Notes under the pieces: model-generated
What the model was told of the DNA's origin: nothing
The model's database searches: none
What the model saw: only the letters and a program-made list of their open reading frames with translations
Translations under genes and position numbers: made by a program
NCBI GenBank assembly: GCA_038204425.1
Contig: JBBRCZ010000001.1
Span: 1 to 64,000 of the forward strand
DNA length: 64,000 bases
Source of the DNA: Spirochaetia bacterium
Lineage (GTDB): Bacteria > Spirochaetota > Spirochaetia > DSM-27196 > Salinispiraceae
Direction of reading: 5' to 3'
Shown here: positions 9,166-18,075 of the stretch, piece by piece
How the letters are laid out: every line of letters begins with the position of its first letter
How positions within the stretch are numbered: the stretch's first letter is position 1

Positions 9166-10374
9166 ATGGGTAATTTGATGGAGATGGACTATTTTACCAT
9201 ACAGGCTACAAGCTACCGTGAGGCTATGAGCAAGGTCCAAGACAAGTACGGTCCAAATGCGCAAATCATTTCTCAAAGAACCATCCGCATGGGCGGGTTC
9301 ATGGGAATTATGGCTAAAGAGGGCGTAGAGGTCAGCGGCTATATTAAAAAAGAGACGCCTAAAAAGAAGGTGCTTGGTCTAGAAGAAGAAAAGAAACGGT
9401 TTATGGAACTTGGCAAAATCGATCAAGCGACAGTTATGACCCAGATTTTGGCTGAGGTTAAGTCCCTCAAGACTCAAATGAATGACAAATCCAATCAAAA
9501 CACTTCAGCACGACAAGATCATGAAGCCATAATTCGTATGGGCGAACTGCTAGAGTCAAACGAATTTAGCAGCCGCTATGCAAAAAAAATGTTGCAAAGG
9601 TTAAAGAACGAGTTAACCCTAGAAGACCTTGACGACTGGAACTTAGTTCAGGACAGAATGTTAGAGTGGATTGGTGAGTCGATCAACGTATTTGAGGAAC
9701 GAGGACGCGAGAAACCGCAAGTCTTTATTTTGGTTGGACCTACTGGAGTAGGAAAAACAACAACCATAGCAAAGTTGGCGGCTAAGTTTGGCATAGCTGC
9801 GTCAGGGGCTTCAAAAAAAAAGGTGCGCATAATTACCATAGACAACTATCGAATTGGTGCGCGACATCAGATAGAAACTTTTGGCGAAATAATGGGTGTT
9901 CCTGTCAATTGTGCCGAAACAGCTGAGGACTTACGCAAGTTTATGGCTTATTACCAAGATGTTGATGTGATTTTTATTGATACGATAGGAAAAAGTCCAA
10001 AGGACTACGAAAAGATTGGCCAAATGCGCGTCATGCTCAAGGAATGTGGGGCCAATCCACAAGTTCACTTAGCACTTTCTGCCACCACAAAAGGCAGCGA
10101 TATGGTTGAAATTGCACAACAATTTGAACCTTTTAATTATCGCTCTGTAGTCCTGACCAAATTGGACGAAACTAATAAGGTGGGTAGTGTAATCAGTACG
10201 CTTTCGGAAAAGCAAAAGTCTATTTCCTATATTACCACCGGTCAGGTGGTGCCCCACGATATTGAGGCCGCAAGCGTCATAAGACTGCTATGCAACCTCG
10301 AAGGATTCCGAGTAAATCGGGATCGTTTGGAACAAAGATTCTTGCAAAAAAAGGCGGACTACGAACATGGCTGA
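9166..10374 (+). CDS. flhF: SRP-family GTPase FlhF
   Basis: GPTGVGKTTTIAKLA, DTIG, TKLDET, GQVVP. Confidence 0.96.
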   Translation: MGNLMEMDYFTIQATSYREAMSKVQDKYGPNAQIISQRTIRMGGFMGIMAKEGVEVSGYIKKETPKKKVLGLEEEKKRFMELGKIDQATVMTQILAEVKSLKTQMNDKSNQNTSARQDHEAIIRMGELLESNEFSSRYAKKMLQRLKNELTLEDLDDWNLVQDRMLEWIGESINVFEERGREKPQVFILVGPTGVGKTTTIAKLAAKFGIAASGASKKKVRIITIDNYRIGARHQIETFGEIMGVPVNCAETAEDLRKFMAYYQDVDVIFIDTIGKSPKDYEKIGQMRVMLKECGANPQVHLALSATTKGSDMVEIAQQFEPFNYRSVVLTKLDETNKVGSVISTLSEKQKSISYITTGQVVPHDIEAASVIRLLCNLEGFRVNRDRLEQRFLQKKADYEHG

Positions 10375-11233
10375 TCAAGCAGAAGCCCTACGAGAAATTA
10401 TGCAAACTGGCTCACCACTTAATAAGTCTCGTACCAGAATTATAACGGTAGCATCAGGAAAAGGTGGGGTAGGCAAGTCCAATATTTCTACCAATCTTGC
10501 CCTAGCTTATGCAAAAACCGGAAAACGAGTAATTCTTATGGACGCTGACCTTGGCTTGGCCAACGTAAACGTCTTGCTTGGTATTATCCCAAAGTACAAC
10601 TTGTATCACTTGATCCGGAAACAAAAGACCATGAAAGACATTCTTATGGATACCAACTATGGTATCCAATTGGTAGCGGGTGCATCCGGCTTTTCAAAAC
10701 TGGCCAACCTAAGCGAAGAAGAGCGCGAAAACTTTATTAGAGAACTAACCGCGCTTTCGAATGCTGACATCATAATTATCGACACGTCTGCTGGAGTATC
10801 CAGAAACGTGCTTTCCTTTGTTGCTGCCGCTGATGAAGCAATTATTGTAACAACGCCAGAACCAACAGCAATCACTGACGTCTACGGTATCATAAAGATA
10901 ATTGCGACCGAAGTTGACAGCCTTGGCCTGTCCCTCAAGTTGGTTGTTAACCGTGTCAAAAGTGTCACCGAAGGCAAAAAGGTCAGTGAACGAATCATCA
11001 ACATTTCCAATCAGTTTCTAAATCTCAAAGTTGATTACTTAGGATACGTTTACGAAGATACGGCGGTACACCTCGCGGTTCAAAAACAAAAACCGTTTAT
11101 AGTAATGGATCCCAAAGGTAAAGCGAGCGCGTGTATTCATCAATTAGTTAGTCGCCTAGAAAAGGTGGAGTATAAAGAAGGTGGAGGACTTGGCAAATTT
11201 ATTAGAAAGCTCTTCCAAAACAGCGAAGAATAA
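10367..11233 (+). CDS. flhG: MinD-like ATPase FlhG
   Basis: MADQAEALR, SGKGGVGKS, DADLGLAN, TTPEPTAITD. Confidence 0.95.
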   Translation: MADQAEALREIMQTGSPLNKSRTRIITVASGKGGVGKSNISTNLALAYAKTGKRVILMDADLGLANVNVLLGIIPKYNLYHLIRKQKTMKDILMDTNYGIQLVAGASGFSKLANLSEEERENFIRELTALSNADIIIIDTSAGVSRNVLSFVAAADEAIIVTTPEPTAITDVYGIIKIIATEVDSLGLSLKLVVNRVKSVTEGKKVSERIINISNQFLNLKVDYLGYVYEDTAVHLAVQKQKPFIVMDPKGKASACIHQLVSRLEKVEYKEGGGLGKFIRKLFQNSEE

Positions 11234-11249
11234 AGCTTTCGCACTTTGC

Positions 11250-11277
11250 TTGACTGACACGTTTGATATGCCATAAT
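11250..11277 (+). promoter_or_regulatory. Sigma70-type internal promoter for flgV-fliA
   Basis: TTGACT-16 nt-CATAAT with extended TG. Confidence 0.55.
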
Positions 11278-11304
11278 CTATTAGTGTAGGAAACTGGGGG
11301 AAAC

Positions 11305-11946
11305 ATGAGCCTACAACTCAGATTTGGTTTATTCGGCGCGGCTTTTGGACTGTTTCTTGGGATAGTCGGAGGCATTCTGTCGGGTATACCTTTTGGTATT
11401 GTTCTATTTCGATCTCTTTTAATCGCAATCGGCCTAGGCCTTGCGGGTTTTCTTTTGTACACGGTCATCAATAAACTTATCCCGGAGCTTGCCAATGCAT
11501 TGCAAGGCAATGAAAGTGCCGAAGTGCTCTCCAGCACCGGCGGTACGATAGACATTACGCTCGCAGAAGATGACGACTCAAGCCCTAGTGAAAATGCAAG
11601 AATGCTCTACAGTGATTCTTCCGAAGAGAATCAATATTCGGCGGCAAGAGCTGAAGGTGACGGCATCGTCGAGGAACTTCGCGATGACACCCGTTATGGT
11701 AAAGTCGCAAACGATAATCAAGTGGATTTTAACGAAGACGAGTTTTATAATGGAGTGGAACACTTGCCGGACATTGGTGGATTTTCCGACCAGTTTCAAT
11801 CAAACGAAGCTAATGACGAATCAGACTCCGCCTCGTCCCTAGGCTCCAGTTCAGGAAAAAAACAAAAGTCAGGTGACAACAAAAATATGGACCCTGCTCT
11901 CATCGCTCAAGCGATTAGAACGGCACTCCACAAGGATGATCACTAA
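11305..11946 (+). CDS. flgV: Probable FlgV flagellar basal-body protein
   Basis: Two N-terminal TM helices, acidic disordered middle, C-terminal [13 protein letters not shown]; located between flhG and fliA. Confidence 0.7.
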   Translation: MSLQLRFGLFGAAFGLFLGIVGGILSGIPFGIVLFRSLLIAIGLGLAGFLLYTVINKLIPELANALQGNESAEVLSSTGGTIDITLAEDDDSSPSENARMLYSDSSEENQYSAARAEGDGIVEELRDDTRYGKVANDNQVDFNEDEFYNGVEHLPDIGGFSDQFQSNEANDESDSASSLGSSSGKKQKSGDNKNMDPALIAQAIRTALHKDDH

Positions 11947-12758
11947 TGGAAATTATGGAAAAAAAAGCTCAAACGACAGAACCTATGGAAGAGCATGCTG
12001 AAGATGAGCTTTGGAGAGAATACCGAAAGACTCAGAACCAGGCTATTCGAGAACGGTTGATCAAACAATATGCTCCGCTTGTCAAATATGTGGCCGGAAA
12101 GGTTGCAGTTGGCATGCCGTCAAATGTTGAGTTTGACGATTTGGTTGGCTATGGGGTTTTTGGCCTTTTTGATGCGATAGAGAAGTTTGATCCAGATAAG
12201 CACGTCAAGTTTAAGACTTATGCGGTCACGAGAATTCGTGGTGCGATCTTTGACGAATTGAGATCCATTGATTGGGTGCCGCGTTCGGTCAGGCAAAAAA
12301 CTCGTGAAATAGAAGATGCAGTGCGCAAACTCGAGTCATCGTTGGGTAGATCCGCTAGTGATGATGAAATTGCAAAACAACTCGGAGTAACGGTTCGAGA
12401 GTTTGAAAAAATGATGATGAAGATATCTTCGGCCTCACTTTTGTCGCTTAATGATGTTTGGTATACCGGCGAAGACAACGACAAAGTAAGTATAGGCGAC
12501 TCCATTGAGAGTCCTCAAAGTCTCAATCCCGATATAATTGTAGAAAAAGAAGAAATCAGAAGGGTAATTGTCCAAGCCATCGAAGATCTGCCAGAAAAAG
12601 AAAAAAAGGTTTTGATTCTCTATTACTACGAAGATCTAACATTAAAAGAAATAGGGCGTGTTTTGGAAGTGACTGAGTCTAGAGTGAGTCAGTTGCACAC
12701 GCGAGCTATAATTCGCCTAAGAGCTAAGTTGACCAATATCAAACGCGGAATAGTCTAA
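11946..12758 (+). CDS. fliA: RNA polymerase sigma-28 factor (FliA/WhiG)
   Basis: [40 protein letters not shown]. Confidence 0.96.
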   Translation: MEIMEKKAQTTEPMEEHAEDELWREYRKTQNQAIRERLIKQYAPLVKYVAGKVAVGMPSNVEFDDLVGYGVFGLFDAIEKFDPDKHVKFKTYAVTRIRGAIFDELRSIDWVPRSVRQKTREIEDAVRKLESSLGRSASDDEIAKQLGVTVREFEKMMMKISSASLLSLNDVWYTGEDNDKVSIGDSIESPQSLNPDIIVEKEEIRRVIVQAIEDLPEKEKKVLILYYYEDLTLKEIGRVLEVTESRVSQLHTRAIIRLRAKLTNIKRGIV

Positions 12759-12770
12759 AAGGAGCCTTTG

Positions 12771-14714
12771 ATGAAGCTCGCCGAACTGCAAGAAATCATG
12801 GGTCGCCAAGCTACAGAAGACAAAAAGCAAAAGTATGTCAATGCAACGGCACCGACTATGCAAGAGGCACTAGCAAAAGCGGCTGTCGAACTTGGAGTCC
12901 CCGTTCAACGAATTGCTTTTGAGATTGTTCAAAAAGGTGAGCTCGGAATGATGGGCGTTGGCAAAAAAGATTTTGTAATTATGGCCTATGCAATCAAAGA
13001 TCCGTCTGCGCTTCAAAGTGAAGATTTGGGGGACATGGATTTTGGATTTGATACCAACGCTAATAGAGACGGCAAGATTTTCGTTAGAAAGACTTCAAAT
13101 GCAGTATTGATTAAAGTTATTGCTCCAATTGGTAATGGCCAAGCAGTGAGTGAACATGTGGCATTGGCCGCCGTTCAACACAAAACCCAAGAGAATATTA
13201 ACTCAGGCATGGTCTCTAAAGCAGTTAAACGGCAAGATGAAGAATGGATCAAAGTGGCCGTCCTAGACGAATACAATCCCAATGAAGACGCCAGAATAGA
13301 AGTAGAAACCACGGACATGGAAATGAAGGCCTGGGTCACCTTGACGCGACCAGGTCGCAATGGCGCTGATGTTAGTACTGAGCAGATTCGCGCCGCCTTG
13401 AGTTCTAATCTGGTAGTCGAGGGCTTTTTGCCAGATGCAATTTTGGCCTTGGAAGAAAACCCTAGTTATGGCGAACCTGTTTTGGTCGCCGAAGGAAACC
13501 GTCCGCAGAATGGAGAAGACGCAAAAGTTGTCTATTCTTTTGAAACAAGCAGAAAAGTAAAAATTAAGGAAATGGAAGGTGGTAGGGTAGACTTTAAAGA
13601 ACTCAATACCATAAACAACGTAGTTGAGGGCCAAGTTCTGGCAAAGTTGCTAGCACCAAAGCGTGGCGAACCTGGTTTGACGGTAACCGGAAAAATGCTG
13701 CCAGCAAAAGATGGTAAACAAAAAGATCTAGTGGTTGGTAACAATGTACGCCTTTCGGAAGACAAAAAACAGGCCATAGCCAATGCCAACGGACAGGTTA
13801 TACTATCTGGCGAAAAAATAAGCGTCGAACCAATCCTTACCATTGAAGGTAATGTAAACATGAAAAACGGAGGAAACATTGTTTTCCTTGGTTCAGTCAA
13901 TGTTAAGGGCAATGTTGAAGACGGATTTAGTATCAAGGCAGCGGGAAACATTGAAGTCAATGGAACCATTGAAAAGTGCGAAATCGATTGCGAGGGCGAT
14001 ATTATTGTTCACAGTGGTATTACCGGCAAAGGCGGAGCATTGATTAAGTCAGGCGGAAACATTTGGGCCAAGTTTATTGAGAATGCAAATGTAGAAGCAG
14101 GTGGTTTAGTTATTGTCAGCGAAGGTATTGTTAATTCTACAATCGCTTGTGACCATAAAGTTATTTGTCGCGGCAAGCGAGCTTCAATAGTGGGCGGATC
14201 TATCAAGGCATGTGAAGAAATTGATGCCAAAAACCTTGGTTCGGTTGCCGGTGTAGAAACGATTTTGGAGGTCGGCTTTGATCCCAAGCTAAAAGCGTCG
14301 CTTGAAGCGTGTCTTGAGTCGATCAAGCTTATCCAAAAAGAAGAAACTGAAGTCATGCTCAATCTTGCAACACTGGATAAGCTCTTTAAGGCCAAAAAAG
14401 ACCAACCTAAAGAAAAGAAAGATTACTTTGACAACTTGAAAAAGCATTCAATGGAACTAAAGAAGTCGTTAAAAGAAAAACAAGAAGAACTGACTCAGTT
14501 TCAACAACAGATCAACGAACTCAAGACACTTGGTAAGATATCTTCGTCAGGTAAGGTTTATCCCGGCGTAAAGATTCAAATCAGGGATTCATACTTGGAT
14601 GTGCGCAATGAGTATAGAGCCGTAAGCTTTATAAGCGAACATAATATTGTTAAGATCACCAAATACGTAGAATCAGACGAAGACATCAGTTTGAATAAGG
14701 GCAACAAAAGATGA
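12771..14714 (+). CDS. FapA/DUF342 family protein with Jag-like N-terminus
   Basis: Jag_N-like AKAAVELGV..FEIVQKG, VDFKELN..NVVEGQVLA, beta-helix GNV repeats, VYPGVKI. Confidence 0.85.
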   Translation: MKLAELQEIMGRQATEDKKQKYVNATAPTMQEALAKAAVELGVPVQRIAFEIVQKGELGMMGVGKKDFVIMAYAIKDPSALQSEDLGDMDFGFDTNANRDGKIFVRKTSNAVLIKVIAPIGNGQAVSEHVALAAVQHKTQENINSGMVSKAVKRQDEEWIKVAVLDEYNPNEDARIEVETTDMEMKAWVTLTRPGRNGADVSTEQIRAALSSNLVVEGFLPDAILALEENPSYGEPVLVAEGNRPQNGEDAKVVYSFETSRKVKIKEMEGGRVDFKELNTINNVVEGQVLAKLLAPKRGEPGLTVTGKMLPAKDGKQKDLVVGNNVRLSEDKKQAIANANGQVILSGEKISVEPILTIEGNVNMKNGGNIVFLGSVNVKGNVEDGFSIKAAGNIEVNGTIEKCEIDCEGDIIVHSGITGKGGALIKSGGNIWAKFIENANVEAGGLVIVSEGIVNSTIACDHKVICRGKRASIVGGSIKACEEIDAKNLGSVAGVETILEVGFDPKLKASLEACLESIKLIQKEETEVMLNLATLDKLFKAKKDQPKEKKDYFDNLKKHSMELKKSLKEKQEELTQFQQQINELKTLGKISSSGKVYPGVKIQIRDSYLDVRNEYRAVSFISEHNIVKITKYVESDEDISLNKGNKR

Positions 14715-14740
14715 ACCTAAGTCTATGGGGGATAAACTAA

Positions 14741-15112
14741 ATGTCTATTCGGCCCATTGATATACAAACTATGCTGATGCAGCTCACTGAAGCAAGTAGG
14801 AGACAGGCGGCACTCCACGATGGAGCGGTTCAAAAGAAGGCTATAGATAACCTAGAATCGGTAGAAGAGACCTTAGAAGCGGAAGAAAAAATTGACAAGG
14901 CTCAAGCCGTTCCGGAAGGTCCAGAAAACGTCAACGAGCATGATGAAGAACGAAGAGAAAGCAAAAACAAAGTAAGCAAGCAAAAACAGAAGCGAAGTCA
15001 GACTGGCCAAGATCAGGATGATGAATCTAAACAGGATGACGAGCCGTCGGAAAATCCAGATGATATTTTTAAAGATCCACTTATGGGCAAGAATATAGAC
15101 ATAAGCGGATAG
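14741..15112 (+). CDS. Conserved flagellar-operon hypothetical protein
   Basis: MSIRPIDIQ start and KDPLMGKNIDISG end are typical of the small gene after fapA. Confidence 0.75.
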   Translation: MSIRPIDIQTMLMQLTEASRRQAALHDGAVQKKAIDNLESVEETLEAEEKIDKAQAVPEGPENVNEHDEERRESKNKVSKQKQKRSQTGQDQDDESKQDDEPSENPDDIFKDPLMGKNIDISG

Positions 15113-15128
15113 AGGTGAGGCGCTTAGT

Positions 15129-15770
15129 ATGGATTGGCTTATTTTTGGCGGACTAGTAGTAGTGGGCAACGTGATTGCTTTTTTGGTTCTTTCCAAAAGA
15201 CTTAAAGCCGAATACGGTGCGAACGTTTTTTTGAATCGATTCAAACTAGAAGCGGGCTCAGTGATTACCGAAATGAACCAGACCACCGAACGTAATATTC
15301 AAATTCTTGAAAATAAAATCGAACGGTTAATTGTTGTTCGCGACAACGCGGAGCGGTCGCTCAAAGTTTTGGAAGTGCAGAGTGAACGAAAGCAGCAGAA
15401 TGTAAGCACCTACGCCCATCTGCGACCAAGACAAGCCGATTCTGCTGTGGACAAAGTTGAAGCAAAGTCTGACAAAACAGACGAGCAAGTAGAAAACTTT
15501 GAGCTACAAGGCGAGAGGGGTGACAGGCATGCCAAACCAACAGAAGCTGTTCAAACGCATGAGGAGCGAATAATTTCCGGCAAAAATAATGAGATAGAAC
15601 AGAATACCAAAAATTTGAGTGAGTCAGTAAGAAAGATGCAGAATCGAGAGCAGCTCAAGGCGCGAGTGGTTTCCATGCATCGTGCTGGACTCGCGTCTTC
15701 AATGATTTCGCAATCTTGTGGCATCAGTTTAGGTGAGGTTGAGCTAATCGTTTCTTTGGCTGATGTCTAA
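15129..15770 (+). CDS. Membrane-anchored coiled-coil protein with C-terminal HTH-like motif (DUF6115/DUF2802-like)
   Basis: N-terminal TM, RNIQILE, C-terminal GISLGEVELIVSL. Confidence 0.75.
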   Translation: MDWLIFGGLVVVGNVIAFLVLSKRLKAEYGANVFLNRFKLEAGSVITEMNQTTERNIQILENKIERLIVVRDNAERSLKVLEVQSERKQQNVSTYAHLRPRQADSAVDKVEAKSDKTDEQVENFELQGERGDRHAKPTEAVQTHEERIISGKNNEIEQNTKNLSESVRKMQNREQLKARVVSMHRAGLASSMISQSCGISLGEVELIVSLADV

Positions 15771-15773
15771 AGA

Positions 15774-17462
15774 ATGATACTTGGGATAGACTTGGGGACT
15801 AGCAGCTGCGCTGCTGCAATGAAGCTAGATGCGGGGCTAAGAATCCTGAGTAATCAAGCAGGTCAGATTTTTACTCCTTCTGTATTTGCTTGTACTGAAA
15901 CCGGCCAGTTTTTATTGGGTGAGGCCGCTCTAAATGCGGCATTGACCAAAAACACCGTAACAATAGTGGATTTTAAACGATTTCTTGGAAGCGATCACAA
16001 GTGGCAGATACCAGGTGGTCAAATCTCCGCTCTGGAAATTGCTGCACAGCTGATAGCTTCTCTTAATCAGGATTGTTTGAAAACCATCAATCAACTTGCA
16101 AAAGAGTGTATCATTGCAGTGCCTGCGCACTTTGGCTTTAGGGCTCGACAGGATGTGATCAAAGCTGCGGCACTAGCCGGACTAAGTGTAGTGCGCCTGG
16201 TGCACGAACCAACGGCGGCCGCGCTAACACTTTTTGACAATCTAACACGAGACGGATACTTTGTAGTTTTTGATTGTGGCGGTGGCACGTGTGATGTAAG
16301 CCTGCTTCTAAAGAATAAAACCAAACTTAGGGTAGCCGCAAGTGCGGGTGATGAAAACCTTGGTGGCAACGATTTTGATAGGGCCTTAGTAGATTTTTTG
16401 CGCGACCAGATTAGGGAACAGGGATTTAAGGATCCTTACGATGACGCTGAATGTCGATGGTTTTTGATGCAGAATGCCGAAAAAGCAAAAAGAGAACTAT
16501 CAGTTTGTACTGAAGTGAGCTTACAAACCCCAGCTCTTAGTCAAACCGGCCAAAGAACCACATTAGAGGTTTCGCTCAGTAGGGGCCAATTTGAAGCGAT
16601 AACTATTGTATTGGTTCAGAAGGCTGTTGCATTGCTGGAGTGCGTTTTGCACGACAGTGGGCTCGAGGCAAGCCGCATAGACGGTCTAATTATGGTTGGT
16701 GGCTCTAGTCGCATGCCGATGCTGCGAAACGCTTTGAAAGAGTTTAGTGCCCAAGAACCCATTTTAGCTAAAAACCCTGATGAATCTGTGATAGTTGGCA
16801 CTGCCATGTTGGCCACAATGGTAGAAACCAAACAAGAACATGATCTAGTCGATCTAAATTCACTAGCGCTTGGCCTCGAGTTGGATGATGGGTACACTCA
16901 TATTTTGATTAATAGAAACACCACTTTGCCAATTCAAGTGGAGCAGTTTTTTACTACGGTAGCAGACCAACAGGATGAAGTCGAGTTTCATATTGTGCAG
17001 GGCGACAACGCGCTCGCAAAAGAAAATGAAAGTATCGCTAGAGTCAGTCTGCGCGGACTTGCGCCATCTAAATCCGGAGCGGTGCGTATCAAAGTAGTCT
17101 TTGCTCTGGATTTGAGCGGAATTCTTACTATAAGCGCCAATGACGAATCATCGGGGCAAGTCCAGACTCTTTCGGTTCTGATAAAAGCGAAGAGCACTCA
17201 AAGTTACGACAAAGAGCTTGAAAAATTACGCTTAGTGCACGAAGCGCATCGAATCGCTAGTGACCAAGCTTTGCCAGCCGAACTCAGGACTAGTTTAAGT
17301 AAATTGGCGCATAAATTAGCTCAAAGTGGTCTTAGTCGCAGTGGTGATCATGAAAAAGATGCGTTGCAAACGGCCCTGCTGGGTTCTAAGGTGGTGGCAT
17401 TGATTGTCGAATGCCAGGCTAGGTTAAGGGAACAGTCTAGCCACAAGAGGCTAAAGCAATAG
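15774..17462 (+). CDS. Divergent Hsp70-family protein
   Basis: GIDLGTS, FKRFLG, VPAHF, HEPTAAA, DCGGGTCDVS, LGGNDFD, AEKAKRELS, VGGSSRMP, SBD FTTVADQQ..VQGD. Confidence 0.93.
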   Translation: MILGIDLGTSSCAAAMKLDAGLRILSNQAGQIFTPSVFACTETGQFLLGEAALNAALTKNTVTIVDFKRFLGSDHKWQIPGGQISALEIAAQLIASLNQDCLKTINQLAKECIIAVPAHFGFRARQDVIKAAALAGLSVVRLVHEPTAAALTLFDNLTRDGYFVVFDCGGGTCDVSLLLKNKTKLRVAASAGDENLGGNDFDRALVDFLRDQIREQGFKDPYDDAECRWFLMQNAEKAKRELSVCTEVSLQTPALSQTGQRTTLEVSLSRGQFEAITIVLVQKAVALLECVLHDSGLEASRIDGLIMVGGSSRMPMLRNALKEFSAQEPILAKNPDESVIVGTAMLATMVETKQEHDLVDLNSLALGLELDDGYTHILINRNTTLPIQVEQFFTTVADQQDEVEFHIVQGDNALAKENESIARVSLRGLAPSKSGAVRIKVVFALDLSGILTISANDESSGQVQTLSVLIKAKSTQSYDKELEKLRLVHEAHRIASDQALPAELRTSLSKLAHKLAQSGLSRSGDHEKDALQTALLGSKVVALIVECQARLREQSSHKRLKQ

Positions 17463-17487
17463 ACCGGAAAGTGCGATACAATAGGGT

Positions 17488-18057
17488 ATGGCTTTGTTGA
17501 TTGATACTATTTTGGAAGTGCCTCAGGCTTTTCCTTTTGCATTGGTGCAAGAAGCGTACAGGTTGCGCTCTTGGGAACTACACCCTGACGTTTCCTTGCT
17601 TCCGGATGCTCACGATCGTTTTTTGGAATTGACTCAGTCTTTTAGCAATTTTCGCAAGGCAACTAGGCCTGATTCCAAGACTCCGTACGACTGGGATGAC
17701 CCTGACTGCTTGAGCTCAGCACTATATAGCGGCGTGCCTGACAGGATTAAGTCTGGTATGATTAGACGGATAGGAACATTGGATCCCTTTGGTCAAATGG
17801 CCGTGCTCTTGGATTGTCTGAAGCATGGGAGTCCAACTCTAGTATGGAGTGCGACTCATGTTCTGGCTAGGATAGAATGCAGATCTGCCTTTGCAATATT
17901 TTGTGATCGATTTTCTAGTATGCCTCGAGCTGTAAAACTTGCTATGATTCGGTTTAAGCATACCGTCGGTGGGCAGCAGGCATTCCAAATCGAACGTTTG
18001 GCTCAGATTGATTCTGATGTTATTATTAGTGGAAATTGGCGAGTGAAGACGCTATGA
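17488..18057 (+). CDS. J-domain protein with HEAT-like C-terminus
   Basis: ILEV..VQEAYRLRSWELHPDVS..AHDRFLELTQSF; HPD at 17581-17589. Confidence 0.8.
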   Translation: MALLIDTILEVPQAFPFALVQEAYRLRSWELHPDVSLLPDAHDRFLELTQSFSNFRKATRPDSKTPYDWDDPDCLSSALYSGVPDRIKSGMIRRIGTLDPFGQMAVLLDCLKHGSPTLVWSATHVLARIECRSAFAIFCDRFSSMPRAVKLAMIRFKHTVGGQQAFQIERLAQIDSDVIISGNWRVKTL

Positions 18058-18075
18058 AACAAAAGGCTATGAACC

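Noticed and set aside
15774..17462. Housekeeping dnaK
   Set aside because: Too divergent (linker, lid), short, and no grpE/hrcA/full-length dnaJ context; gene symbol withheld.
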